64,000 nucleotides of DNA from a virus: positions 1-64,000 of IMG/VR virus record IMGVR_UViG_3300037193_000639; one strand, given 5' to 3'. A program made the translations under genes and the position numbers. Below, one piece after another: positions 27,101 through 36,721 of this stretch. Each line of letters opens with the position of its first letter. The stretch's first letter is position 1. A model generated the notes under the pieces. It saw only the letters and a list, made by a program, of their open reading frames with translations. It did not search any database and had not been told where the DNA came from.

Positions 27101-29254
27101 CATTCTGGTGGAGCTGCAAGAGCCAATGCTCTAGGTTCACAAACAATGGACGCCCGTTCACTTGGTTTTATGAAGATCAACACTACCAAGGAAGCTGAAA
27201 CTGCCGCATCTAGTATTGCTTCAGGTATTGTAAACATTCTAAACAGTACAGCAACAACTTTTGGGAAAGAGGCTGGGTATTCTGCTGCTACTGCGTTTGC
27301 CGATGATACATCTAAAGATGGTGCATGGGGTGCTTTGGTCATTGAGAATATGGGCAAGGTGCTTGTTGACTGGGATGCCAACAGGCAAAGCCGTTGGGCA
27401 CCAAGAGAGTTCAACGATGGTGAAGCAGGGCGTAATGAATACCTTGCAGAGCTGAGTAAGTCTGTTCGCAGTGCATTGGATACGATTGGTCTTCCGTCTT
27501 GGGCGCAGCAGATGTTGGACAGTCTTGGTGAAGCCCCTTCGATTCAGGAGCTTGGTTCGGTTGTTGAAAAAATCAATGCTGCCCAAAATGCCTTGGTTGC
27601 AATTGGTAGTACGATTAAGAATTTTGCACAATTGACTGACGCAGCAACTTCAGCAATCATCAATGCATCTGGTGGTATTGATGCTTTCACGGCAAACATT
27701 AACGCATTTTATGACGGGTACTATTCTGAATCTGAAAAGATTGAGAACGTATCTAAACAGGTATCTTCAGCTCTGGTAGCAGTTGGTCTTGAGATGCCAA
27801 CCACTCGGAAGGAATTCCGTCAACTTGTAGAGGCTCAGCTTGCTCTTGGTGAATCAGGTGCAACTGCTGTAGCTACGTTGTTGAAGGTTTCCGGTGCGTT
27901 TGGACAGGTTGCCGACTACACAGCCAGTAGTGCAGAGGAAGTCATCTCCAAAGCTAGAGAATTATCGCGTCAGCGAAGTGACCTAGAGATAGAAATTATG
28001 GAGTTGACGGGAGACACGGCCAAGGCTTTGGCAGCTCGACGTGCAATTGAGCTAGCTGGAATGGAGGAGTCGTTAAGGCCATTGCAAGAGCGTATTTATC
28101 TCTTGCAAGATGAAGCTCAAGTTGCAGAGGCTAAAAGGCAAAAAGATGCACAAGTTGCAGAGGATAGAAAGAAGATAGAGCTAGAGGTTGCTGAAGCTAT
28201 AAATCAGGCTCGTTCGAAATTATCTGAGGCTTACGAAAGAGAGTCATCTGCCTTGCAGGCCACCATTGATAAATTCAAAGATTTCAGCAAGTCTTTGAGG
28301 ACTTTCCGGGACTCTTTACTGGTTGGAAATTTGTCTAACCTCTCTCCTGAGGCAAAGTATCTTGAGCTTAGAAATAGGTTTGAGAAAACAGCGTCTCTTG
28401 CAGCATCAGGGAATGAAGAGGCACTGACATCATTGCAAAGCATTTCTGAGCAGTTCTTAGAAGCTTCTAAAGGCTACTTTGCAAGTTCAATGGGTTATAC
28501 GCAGGATTTCGAGCGTGTACGTGCGGCGTTAGAACAAGCTTCGCTTGCATCTGATGTACAGGTAGATATAGGTACGCAGCAACTAAGCGCACTTCAAGCA
28601 TCCGTGCAAGAGCTTATCGACATCAATCAGTCAGTTCTCTCCGTTAAAGATGCAATCCTCGCTCTGAAATCACTAACACCTGAAAAGGTTATTACTGGTG
28701 GTCCGGGAGCTGGAAAAGTTGTAAATGGAGTTTACACAGATGCGCTAGGCAACACTGCTCTTTCAAAAAATCTTCCTACTAACCGTGACTTAGTGAAAAT
28801 GTGGTATTCGAGTCATCCATATATCACAGAGTCTCCTACTGAAGATGCAATTGATTACTGGACTAACCAACTCAGTAGGCGTGATGTTAGCCAGTACGAT
28901 GTTAAGAAAACGTTCGCAGACAGTGCTGCATATGTGACAGGAACTAATCCTGTAGACATTAAAGCATTTGCTAACGGTGGTAATGCGGAAGGTTGGTCTT
29001 GGGTTGGCGAACAAGGTAAGGAGCTTGCTTATTTTGGAGATAAAGCACACATCTACACAGCAAGGGAGTCTCAGCAGATTGTAGGGGGTTCTGATGAGGA
29101 ATCTAAGCAGTTGTTGAGAGATGTGCTTGTGGAGCTGCAAGCAGCAAATGCTCAACGTGGAGCCGCAACAGAGGCTCAGCTAATTTCGCAAAGAACATTA
29201 GCTGAAAAGTTGGACGCACAGCGAAGGGTTATGGCTGCTGCCAGTGCCGAATGA
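24179..29254 (+). CDS. tape measure protein
   Basis: 1691 aa; ILQFSQAINAGRLNGAEFNAV tape-measure domain; helical; FANGG..WVGEQGKEL C-terminus. Confidence 0.92.
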   Translation: MSVDISRLGIEVKSTGIKEASQGLSGLGTSAANAERRVQKLTDTIDKLIGSMTNLAKLQGTATQAAAAHIQMIQGGTAAMQGMQSSAHATTKTLQQLQQQATQTGNAFGHAHHKGNILNNTLKSMMVAMSAYVGINFIKGIVEAGDAWQMMTAKLNISTGSMSNAVIMQERLFKLAQEIRVPLEEVGKLYNRMAVPMAELGKTSGETIEMVKGVALALQLGGSTAAEASSAILQFSQAINAGRLNGAEFNAVSEAAPLLIRAIRDELEKTEKKALTLGAVKKLGSDGKISVEIMQRAISKAVPEWEKLFNDLPVTVGSAVTRVKNAWLKAMGEMSQQSGLNKGLVEALGTIESIIPAIRDEMVGAVVGVGKWIKENRDALADSWTQVKGLVGDMVDLASKLSYAAGAAAGMGNELSAFGFTLYSVRLFVAGIQDGFVAIGSVVLKLGQLISNVLIGPINLLITTMLGVLSEHIGFIMRGIGKSFSAIGLDTLGTNIKNAGDSMKQLSLTFQEAKGAGFDLAAVMGSVADNSFNMLANGEGAVQRVLKGEQQISAEMVKQGKYQEGLTKTRKASAELDEKAAKALEKIVKAANSELDKSIDAYREQAVSLEALRKFGLDGDKRTKAQKEQITLERALAEATNSKVKAILQDAIATNRATQEMEKHEKVIKDALTRQKENEEQVQKSIESAIDEAQKNEDLVRTFGMAKGALEELELARVSEQLARAKSLADNDHEIEQLQKLYDALQRNTTARKQLGVLEEQQKTFEAAQREWEKTVEKIDDVFREGFADMLNHGVSSWKSFTKSLATTFKTIVADAIYKTFIRKYVVNIVGNFVGKMGGGIGVMGGSPDLMGLFNTGSTLWNAGSTVAGWLGLGGATSMGVAGATGITASAASTGLGFTAGGGMGLSAGAGGATGITAGSAGASSIGSGLVSAGQSGAAAGSSIGSALSAAGPYLAAAAIGYAVWKSLDDSGTIHSGGAARANALGSQTMDARSLGFMKINTTKEAETAASSIASGIVNILNSTATTFGKEAGYSAATAFADDTSKDGAWGALVIENMGKVLVDWDANRQSRWAPREFNDGEAGRNEYLAELSKSVRSALDTIGLPSWAQQMLDSLGEAPSIQELGSVVEKINAAQNALVAIGSTIKNFAQLTDAATSAIINASGGIDAFTANINAFYDGYYSESEKIENVSKQVSSALVAVGLEMPTTRKEFRQLVEAQLALGESGATAVATLLKVSGAFGQVADYTASSAEEVISKARELSRQRSDLEIEIMELTGDTAKALAARRAIELAGMEESLRPLQERIYLLQDEAQVAEAKRQKDAQVAEDRKKIELEVAEAINQARSKLSEAYERESSALQATIDKFKDFSKSLRTFRDSLLVGNLSNLSPEAKYLELRNRFEKTASLAASGNEEALTSLQSISEQFLEASKGYFASSMGYTQDFERVRAALEQASLASDVQVDIGTQQLSALQASVQELIDINQSVLSVKDAILALKSLTPEKVITGGPGAGKVVNGVYTDALGNTALSKNLPTNRDLVKMWYSSHPYITESPTEDAIDYWTNQLSRRDVSQYDVKKTFADSAAYVTGTNPVDIKAFANGGNAEGWSWVGEQGKELAYFGDKAHIYTARESQQIVGGSDEESKQLLRDVLVELQAANAQRGAATEAQLISQRTLAEKLDAQRRVMAAASAE

Positions 29255-29275
29255 TAAAGAAAGGAGAGAGCAGTA

Positions 29276-30802
29276 GTGTTGCTCATTACATTGACGGCAG
29301 CAATCGACTCTGCCGGAACACAGCAAAATTTTTATGTTTCGACGGATCGATTCGTAACGTCACCTAGTGACACACCAGCAAACACTGCTTTCGATCCTCG
29401 TGTCATTCAGCCGGGTTCTATCGGCTTTCATGTTTACTCCGATGGCCGGACAGGTGGGCAGTCGAAACTAGAGCTTGGTGAAATCATACTTGCCAACGCA
29501 GATGGTGAGCTAGATGCATGGGCCAATTATAGTTTCGACGGTAGGGCTGTAGTGATTCGTGGCGGAGAGACAGGGGTGTACCCATCTGCTTTTCCTGCAG
29601 TTCTTACTGCGACAGTTGAAAGTATTGATCTGACGTGGGATCGTGCAATCATTCGACTCCGTGATAAACAATGGATGCTACGCCTTCCAGCGCTAACAAC
29701 GACTTATGCTGGCAACAACAGCATGCCAAACGGTTTAGAAGGCACTCCAGACGATTTAAAAGGGAAGGTGAAGCCGAAGGTATACGGTAAGGTATTAAAC
29801 GTCTCCCCGCCTTGTGTAAACACGTCCAAACTCACTTATCAAGTGAATAGCGGTGCTGTAGCCTCAATTGACGCTGTTTACGATAACGGTGTAGCTCTGA
29901 CTCCCGGCACTAACCATGCAAACTCAGCAGCTTTACAAGCAGCTGCAGTTACTGCAAGCACGTTTGATACATGTATTGCAGAAGGCTACTTCAGACTTGG
30001 TACAAGTCCTGTGGGAGAAATCACAGTAGATGTTACACAAGGGGCTGCAGCAAGTAATCGCACAGTGGCCCAGATCATAAAACAGCTTGCATTGGATGCA
30101 GGGGTTGCAAGCGGGGACATTAGCAGTACAGATGTCACTAATCTTGACACAGATAATAGCAGTGTGGTGGGTATTTGGATAAATGATGGCTCCACGACAT
30201 TCTCTGCTGCAATGGATATGGTTGCTTCAAGTATTGGAGCATGGTATGGCTTTGACGCTGCGGGGAGTTTGAGGATGGGTAGACTTACTTCCCCTTCAGG
30301 TTCTCCTGTGGCTACTCTCTATGACTACGATATTTACGACAACATAGAGAGACGTGCTGCAAGAGACTCTGGTGTACCAATCTGGAAGGTGACAGTAAAT
30401 CATTCGAAGATTTGGACAACACAAGCGAGTGGTATTGCTGCGTCAGTTACAGCAGCACGAAGAGCATATCTTGCTGAGGAGTATAGAGGGTCCACCAGCA
30501 CAGACGCTACGGTGAAAACGCAATGGCTACTTGCAGGGACGTTGGAGGTGGATGGGTTACTTACATCTACAGCGAATGCAGATACAGAGTCTTCTCGACT
30601 GCTTACGTTGTTTAAAGTAAGGCGAGATATTTTCGATGTGACAGTGAACCTTGACGTGGTGACGAGTAATAGCCTGAAGATGATGGATGTCGTGAGGGTA
30701 GAGCTTGATAGGTTTGGTATGGGGTCTGGTAAAGACTTTCGAATTATTGGTATGGCGTATGACTTGGAAAGAAGCTCTGTGCGCTTAAGTTTGTGGGGGT
30801 AA
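29276..30802 (+). CDS. tail tip protein
   Basis: Synteny; LKGKVKPKVYGKV.NV.P motif; C-terminal L.LWG. Confidence 0.7.
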   Translation: MLLITLTAAIDSAGTQQNFYVSTDRFVTSPSDTPANTAFDPRVIQPGSIGFHVYSDGRTGGQSKLELGEIILANADGELDAWANYSFDGRAVVIRGGETGVYPSAFPAVLTATVESIDLTWDRAIIRLRDKQWMLRLPALTTTYAGNNSMPNGLEGTPDDLKGKVKPKVYGKVLNVSPPCVNTSKLTYQVNSGAVASIDAVYDNGVALTPGTNHANSAALQAAAVTASTFDTCIAEGYFRLGTSPVGEITVDVTQGAAASNRTVAQIIKQLALDAGVASGDISSTDVTNLDTDNSSVVGIWINDGSTTFSAAMDMVASSIGAWYGFDAAGSLRMGRLTSPSGSPVATLYDYDIYDNIERRAARDSGVPIWKVTVNHSKIWTTQASGIAASVTAARRAYLAEEYRGSTSTDATVKTQWLLAGTLEVDGLLTSTANADTESSRLLTLFKVRRDIFDVTVNLDVVTSNSLKMMDVVRVELDRFGMGSGKDFRIIGMAYDLERSSVRLSLWG

Positions 30803-30808
30803 CTAGTT

Positions 30809-31669
30809 GTGTCAAATATGCTTTTAGGCTACCCGAATAGAGCGGATGGCTGCACATTAAGTAGCGGGTCATGGGAAGCAACACTCCCCTTGAATAATTT
30901 GAAAAATCGTACGTTGGGCAAAGTAGCTAGAACAACAAACGATTCGTTGTCTAGTACGAAGTTTGATATTGACATGACTTCTGCAAAATTAGTGAACGTT
31001 CTAGCACTCGTAAACCACAACCTCTCATTGGATGCTCAGTTTCGAATTAGAGGGTCTACAGCCAGTGACTTCTCTGTAAACAGTTATGACTCAGGCTGGC
31101 TAGAGGTATGGCCTAGTGTGTATCCGGTAGAAAGCCTTGATTGGCTAGATCCTCGTTTCTGGGATGGGAAATATTCTGAAGAAGAAATCTCTGGTTACAC
31201 TACGGCACTAATCCATGTCCTACCTTCTACAAAAGTCTTAAGGTATTGGCGTGTCGAATTTGATGATACTGCGAATGCTGCAGGGTATGTGCAAGTTGGA
31301 CGACTTTTTATCGGCCCGACTTGGGAGCCAGAAGAAAATGCAGCCACAGGTGCTGCAAGTATTGGGTGGGAGACTAAGACGGATATACAGGAAGCTTTAG
31401 GTGGTTCTGAATTTTTCCAACGCAGAGCACCTTTCCGTGTATCACGTTTCACGCTAGATATTCTAAGTGAGTCAGAAGCATTTTCTAATGTATTTGAAAT
31501 TCAACGTCAAGCAGGCGTCGATCAAGAGGTGCTGTGGATTCACAATTCAGATGACGACATACACCAACTGAGGAGACGATTTCTTGGCCGACTCAGGCAA
31601 CTTAGTGCAATCGAATATCCATATGGAAATTTGAACAAAACAGCTTTTGAAGTGAAAGAACTTTTATGA
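30809..31669 (+). CDS. minor tail protein
   Basis: LPLNNL, NHNL, RYWRVEF.D..N..GYVQVGRLFIG. Confidence 0.7.
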   Translation: MSNMLLGYPNRADGCTLSSGSWEATLPLNNLKNRTLGKVARTTNDSLSSTKFDIDMTSAKLVNVLALVNHNLSLDAQFRIRGSTASDFSVNSYDSGWLEVWPSVYPVESLDWLDPRFWDGKYSEEEISGYTTALIHVLPSTKVLRYWRVEFDDTANAAGYVQVGRLFIGPTWEPEENAATGAASIGWETKTDIQEALGGSEFFQRRAPFRVSRFTLDILSESEAFSNVFEIQRQAGVDQEVLWIHNSDDDIHQLRRRFLGRLRQLSAIEYPYGNLNKTAFEVKELL

Positions 31670-33930
31670 CGCAAGTAACGGTAAACGGTAATACTTACTC
31701 TGATGACGGCAGTGCAGCAAGGGATATGCTTGACGGGGGACATCGCGATTGGTTTTTCCCCCTCATCTCTGATACCATGACGGATACAGCGTCTAAAGTC
31801 ACATCTGCAGCAAACTCTGCTTCTGCAGCCGCATCTAGCGCATCTGCTGCTGCGACAAGTGCATCTACGGCAGCAAGTGCACCCGGCACAAGTGCAACAT
31901 CTACTACGTCTTTGACAATTGGCACAGGAAGTAAATCCCTCACAATTCAGACTGGTAAAAGCATTGTCGTAGGGATGACAGTTAAGATAGCTTACACAAC
32001 AAGCCCGACTAATTGGATGGTAGGAGATGTAACTGCGTATAACAGTTCTACTGGTGTACTCGATGTGAATGTTACGCACACAAATGGCAGTGGTACTCAG
32101 GCTGCTTGGACAGTTAGTCTGTCTGGTGTACCGGGGACAAATGCTGCTAGCGTTAGTGTCTCAGGATCGACAATTACTGACAACTTCACTATTACAGGAT
32201 CTACCAAAACATATTTTCCCGTTGTAACTACAGCTATAGGGAAAAGTTTAACAGCCCCTGATGCAACAACATTAGAGGAAGGTCTGATGTATGTCATTGA
32301 CAATCGAGATGGAGGTTATCCTGTAGGCTTCCGTGACTCTACTGGGGTATTAGTTGGAGCCTGCGTTGCCGCTGGTGGTATTGCTGAAGTATGGCTGAAG
32401 GATAATTCTACAGCCGCAGGATCATGGGAAGTTTCAGGTAATAACCTCGAACCCGGCCTGATCACCATCGACAACACGTTCAGCAGCACATATAGCGCGA
32501 CGGTTCACAAGCCATTTGTTGCGCTGGATGATAACAAGTCAATCCACTTTCTGACGATTGCTTCTAACGGTTTTGCCGCTGTTGCAGTGGATAAGACGAC
32601 TGGGGCTGTCGGTACGCCACTAACTATTACAACCACTGCAAGCTCAGTACCAAAAGCAGCTTTCAGAGTCACTGCAACAACAGCAGTTGTTTTCTTTGGG
32701 GAGAGCAACAACGTTTTGCGTGCTGCCGTTATTACTCTGTCAGGGGCAACTACTTTAGCTGTCGGAACATCACTAGATTCAACAGGGACTAACAGAGCTG
32801 TAGAAGATTGGAGCGGTCCTCCTAAAATAGCCCAGCTTGATAGCACACATTACTTAGTATCCGCTGCATCAGCCACAGGGGCAGGGGTTACAGAAGTATT
32901 CGCTATGGAGATTACAGCAGGCACAACTATTAATTGGGGGTCGGCTGTAAATATCATTGCAGCTAATAACGTAGTCAATAGCACCACAACCTACGCTCTG
33001 ACGGCGACGACAGGGCTGGTGCTATTTGCAGAAGGAACGAATCAGCCTCGCGCAGTAGTTGTTAGTGTTAGCGGCACTACTTGTACAGTTGGAGCTAAAG
33101 CAAGCTCTCCAATAGCAGGCGGGAACGCAGCAGGCCCAGCCTTAAGTTGCTTACTAAGCTCTACAAAATGCTTAATTGTGCAGAGTAACAATAGTGATCA
33201 CCCAAACGCCGTGGTGTTCACTATAAGTGGTACTTCTGTAACAGCAGGGGCGCAATTACTCATTGAAAGTATCGACCCCGGAGCACCGTATTGGACTTAT
33301 ACGTTACAGTCTGCTACTCGACACAATCCGCATCTATGGCGTATTGACAATAACACCGCTGGCCTGTGGTATCTGGACAGCAGCAACGTGTCTCGTGCGT
33401 TAGTTCTATCTGAAAGCGGCGGCACGGTAACTGCTGGTACAAAGCTACACAACAGCATTAGCGCAGCAGCAGCAAACAATGTGAAAGGGGGCCTGCCCCT
33501 CCCTCAAGGCACCGGCAGTTTCTTGTCAGTGCGAAAAGCAAACGTGTCAGCAAGTGGGCATGCTGGAAGTATAAGCCTAGTACCGCACAAGATCAGCGGG
33601 ACAACAATTACAGCAGGGCCAGCGAAGATTGCCGCTGCGCTTGGAACCCCAACAAGTTCTGCGTTTGTAGTCGCCGCACTGCTTTCATCAGGGGATTATT
33701 GCATCATGCCTCCCGGCTACGGCGGTGAAATGATGGTGGTAAGGACTAATGGTGATGCTATCAACATCAAAGGTAGCCTTCCCATTCCCATTGCCGACGC
33801 TGACCCTGCGTATCCAGTGCAGGCCGTAAGTAGTAACAGAATTGTCTTCCTTTTGAAGACGACAGACTCGACAATTAACGCGAATAGTACCTTCCAGCTT
33901 CGTCTTCTCTCTGTGGAGATCGCACAATGA
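31666..33930 (+). CDS. tail fibre / receptor-binding protein
   Basis: Ser/Ala low-complexity N-terminal stretch, TSLTIGTGSK..WM.G.VT.Y domain, repeated beta-rich units. Confidence 0.75.
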   Translation: MTQVTVNGNTYSDDGSAARDMLDGGHRDWFFPLISDTMTDTASKVTSAANSASAAASSASAAATSASTAASAPGTSATSTTSLTIGTGSKSLTIQTGKSIVVGMTVKIAYTTSPTNWMVGDVTAYNSSTGVLDVNVTHTNGSGTQAAWTVSLSGVPGTNAASVSVSGSTITDNFTITGSTKTYFPVVTTAIGKSLTAPDATTLEEGLMYVIDNRDGGYPVGFRDSTGVLVGACVAAGGIAEVWLKDNSTAAGSWEVSGNNLEPGLITIDNTFSSTYSATVHKPFVALDDNKSIHFLTIASNGFAAVAVDKTTGAVGTPLTITTTASSVPKAAFRVTATTAVVFFGESNNVLRAAVITLSGATTLAVGTSLDSTGTNRAVEDWSGPPKIAQLDSTHYLVSAASATGAGVTEVFAMEITAGTTINWGSAVNIIAANNVVNSTTTYALTATTGLVLFAEGTNQPRAVVVSVSGTTCTVGAKASSPIAGGNAAGPALSCLLSSTKCLIVQSNNSDHPNAVVFTISGTSVTAGAQLLIESIDPGAPYWTYTLQSATRHNPHLWRIDNNTAGLWYLDSSNVSRALVLSESGGTVTAGTKLHNSISAAAANNVKGGLPLPQGTGSFLSVRKANVSASGHAGSISLVPHKISGTTITAGPAKIAAALGTPTSSAFVVAALLSSGDYCIMPPGYGGEMMVVRTNGDAINIKGSLPIPIADADPAYPVQAVSSNRIVFLLKTTDSTINANSTFQLRLLSVEIAQ

Positions 33931-34394
33931 CCAAACTCTTAGTACAGGGCGAGGTAATTCTCGCTAAAGATGTGATTGATGTTGGGGATGAGATTCACTC
34001 CGCTGACGCAATCTGCCCGAAACACGTTATCGAAGGCTGGCAGATCGTGGATGCCGAAGTGCCAAATAGCTTCACGCCTGCTGAATATACGTGGGATGGA
34101 TCTTCTGTAGTTAAAAAGCCTACCACTCCTTCAGAAAAAACAAGAGAACAGTTGAAGGAAGAACGTGCTGCTGCAGTGGCCGCTATTAAAGTGACTGTAA
34201 ACGGCAAAGTATTTGATGGAGACGAAACTTCTCAAGAACGAATGCAACGTGCTTTGAAAGTTGCAGAAATCACTGGGCTCAATACAACAACGTGGATACT
34301 TGCTGACAATACAGTGTCAGAAGTAACTATCGCAGAGATTTCTGAAGCTCTTGCCAAAGCCGCTCTTGCGCAATCGGAATTGTGGATAATTTAA
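33927..34394 (+). CDS. tail fibre assembly-type protein (DUF4376-like)
   Basis: I.V...GKVFDGDE.SQ.RM, WILADN. Confidence 0.7.
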   Translation: MTKLLVQGEVILAKDVIDVGDEIHSADAICPKHVIEGWQIVDAEVPNSFTPAEYTWDGSSVVKKPTTPSEKTREQLKEERAAAVAAIKVTVNGKVFDGDETSQERMQRALKVAEITGLNTTTWILADNTVSEVTIAEISEALAKAALAQSELWII

Positions 34395-34395
34395 A

Positions 34396-35694
34396 ATGAT
34401 TTACCTTTCAAACTTAAAGCCATCTCCGTATGACTCAAGAGACTATCTCTACCCAGAAGCATTTGCTACTGCCACACTTCCTCCTAGAGTAGATTTGAGG
34501 GCATATGCAGGGGAGATTGAAGATCAAGGAGTAATTGGAAGTTGTACTGCCAACAGCACAGTATCCGCTCTTGAACTAATACTTAAGCGAGCAGGTAAAT
34601 ATGAAAACTTGTCTCGCTTGTTTCTCTACTACACCACTCGTGAGTATGAGAACCGTATTGGACAAGATGGAGCTGTTCTTCGAGATGCCTTGAAAATGGC
34701 AAACAAGAGGGGACTACCACTTGAATCATCGTACCAGTATAACATCAGTGCTGTAGACAAGAAACCGTCTCCCTTTGTGTACAAAGAGGCTAAACAGCGT
34801 CTTGTAAGCTCGTATGAGGCTGTAAGAGTTGTTCGTGGCGAAAGGGCATCTACGATTAACAACATTAAGGCTGCACTTGCCGCAGGACATCCTGTGGTTA
34901 TAGCTTTGAGAGTGTTCAACTACATATTCTCTATTAAAGGCCCACTAGAAACCCACGGCAGGATCGACACAACTAAGCCGGGAAATCTCGACTACGTTGG
35001 GAATCATGCCGCCACCATCGTTGGCTACGACACTGCTGTATTTGGGGGTATGTTCATCGTAGAAAACTCATGGGGAGCCTCTTGGGGAGACAATGGCTAC
35101 TGGGGAATGCCCTTTACAGGTGTTGACAACATCTATGAGGCTTGGGTAATTAAAGGCTTCAATGAAATTGGTGAAGACTACTCGCCTGCAAAGGTACGTG
35201 TGAATCAGTTGTACGCTGCTTTATTCGGGCGTGGTGCAGAAAAAGGAGGACTAGATTATTGGGTAAACCAACTTTCATCCATGTCTGCACCAGAAGTAGC
35301 ACAGATAATGTACGGGGTTGAGCCAGCCAGAGTGTACTACCCGACAGGAATCACTAACCAACAATTGATCGAAAAATTTTACATCAATGTTCTTGGCAGA
35401 TATCCAGATGACGGGGGACTTGCTTTCTGGGCTAATCGACTTGACAGTGGGCAATCAGTGGGGCAAGTCGTTGTAGATATTGTCGATGTCCTTGCAACAT
35501 ACACAGGAGATAATCCTTTATCCAAAGCATCACAAGACTTGTTTAACAACAAGGTGAGAATGGGTCTATACACAAGCGTATCTCTTGCCTCCGACAACAT
35601 TGATGTCGCTTCTGTTGCTTTCAACGGGCTAACACGGGATGAGCAATCAGTATATACAGCCAAGTCAAACGTCATAGACGTTATTGGATACTGA
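34396..35694 (+). CDS. papain-like C1 cysteine peptidase fused to DUF4214-like domain
   Basis: DQGVIGSCTAN, GNHA..IVGY, ENSWG..WG..GY; C-terminal QLYAALFGR.AE..GLDYW and FY.NVLGR.PD.GGL.FW. Confidence 0.85.
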   Translation: MIYLSNLKPSPYDSRDYLYPEAFATATLPPRVDLRAYAGEIEDQGVIGSCTANSTVSALELILKRAGKYENLSRLFLYYTTREYENRIGQDGAVLRDALKMANKRGLPLESSYQYNISAVDKKPSPFVYKEAKQRLVSSYEAVRVVRGERASTINNIKAALAAGHPVVIALRVFNYIFSIKGPLETHGRIDTTKPGNLDYVGNHAATIVGYDTAVFGGMFIVENSWGASWGDNGYWGMPFTGVDNIYEAWVIKGFNEIGEDYSPAKVRVNQLYAALFGRGAEKGGLDYWVNQLSSMSAPEVAQIMYGVEPARVYYPTGITNQQLIEKFYINVLGRYPDDGGLAFWANRLDSGQSVGQVVVDIVDVLATYTGDNPLSKASQDLFNNKVRMGLYTSVSLASDNIDVASVAFNGLTRDEQSVYTAKSNVIDVIGY

Positions 35695-35736
35695 TTGCCA
35701 TATTATCTACGAATTCCAATAATACGAAAGAAAAAC

Positions 35737-36024
35737 ATGGGTTGGGAACTAGGAATTACTATAGCGATGACTATTATCGGTGGACTGGCTGGATGGGTGT
35801 ACAACTCCCTTAAAGGGGAAATTAAAGCCCTTCGTGAAGAAAAGAATGCATTAGCAGAGAAGGTTCAAGAGCATGAGATTCGTGTAGCTCGCGATTATGC
35901 TCTGCGAGATGATCTGGAAAAGCTTGCCAAGGCTTACAAGGAAGATTTGGACAAATTGATGACAGCAATGTTTGCAAAGCTTGACAGGATTGAGAGCAAG
36001 CTAGACAACAAGGTGGATAAATGA
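35737..36024 (+). CDS. putative holin-like membrane protein
   Basis: Single N-terminal TM plus coiled coil ending LDRIESKLD; directly before the endolysin. Confidence 0.55.
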   Translation: MGWELGITIAMTIIGGLAGWVYNSLKGEIKALREEKNALAEKVQEHEIRVARDYALRDDLEKLAKAYKEDLDKLMTAMFAKLDRIESKLDNKVDK

Positions 36025-36590
36025 GTAAAGAAGAGATTGTGTTAGATGAGATGGCTGTGAAAGTAGCCATCAAAATTATCAAGATGTTTGAAGGCTGTGA
36101 ACTTCGTGCATACCCAGACCCTGCATCAGACTTGTATAAGGTGATGGCTGCACAGGGGATCTTGAAGAAATATCTGAAAGGTTTGTGCGACATCCCCAAA
36201 GAAATGCTGAAGGATTTTGATGGCAAGCCTTGGACGGCAATGTGGGGTGAGACAGAAGGTATCAAGTGCGGGGATGTGTTCACACAAGAGCAAGCTGATG
36301 AGCGTCTTGAGAAGCGTGTGCGCGAGTTTATGAAGGGTGTGCTGAAGGCATGTCCACAGCTTAAGAAAGAGCCATATACTCGTGCAGCTGCTTGTACATC
36401 ATTTGCTTACAATATCGGACTCGGAAATTTTGCTAAGTCCACTGTCTGTAAGAAAACGATGGAAAAGGAATACTTGACAGCAGCGCAATCTTTCCATATG
36501 TGGAACAAAGCCAAGGGTGCGGTCTTAGATGGCCTCGTAAAACGAAGGAAGCTTGAAGCTGACCTGTACATGTCGGAGATTCACAAATGA
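36021..36590 (+). CDS. endolysin (GH24 lysozyme)
   Basis: FEGCELRAYPD, PWT..WG.T, SFAYNIG, WNKA.G.VL.GLV.RR..E. Confidence 0.9.
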   Translation: MSKEEIVLDEMAVKVAIKIIKMFEGCELRAYPDPASDLYKVMAAQGILKKYLKGLCDIPKEMLKDFDGKPWTAMWGETEGIKCGDVFTQEQADERLEKRVREFMKGVLKACPQLKKEPYTRAAACTSFAYNIGLGNFAKSTVCKKTMEKEYLTAAQSFHMWNKAKGAVLDGLVKRRKLEADLYMSEIHK

Positions 36591-36721
36591 AGAAGACTGT
36601 TGCAGCAATTCTTTTATGTCTTGCTCTTACTGGCTGTGCCAACCTGAAATTCCAATTCAGCATGAGCTATGCCACCGACAATCTTCTTGAAGACCTGAAG
36701 AAGACGGAGCAAACAAAATGA
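36587..36721 (+). CDS. small lipoprotein (44 aa, not in ORF track)
   Basis: MKKTVAAILLCLALTGC lipobox; ATGA overlaps at both ends. Confidence 0.75.
   Translation: MKKTVAAILLCLALTGCANLKFQFSMSYATDNLLEDLKKTEQTK

Noticed and set aside
31666-34394. Invertible tail-fibre cassette driven by the serine recombinase
   Set aside because: No flanking inverted repeats or reversed alternative fibre ends were seen; the recombinase is 30 kb away.
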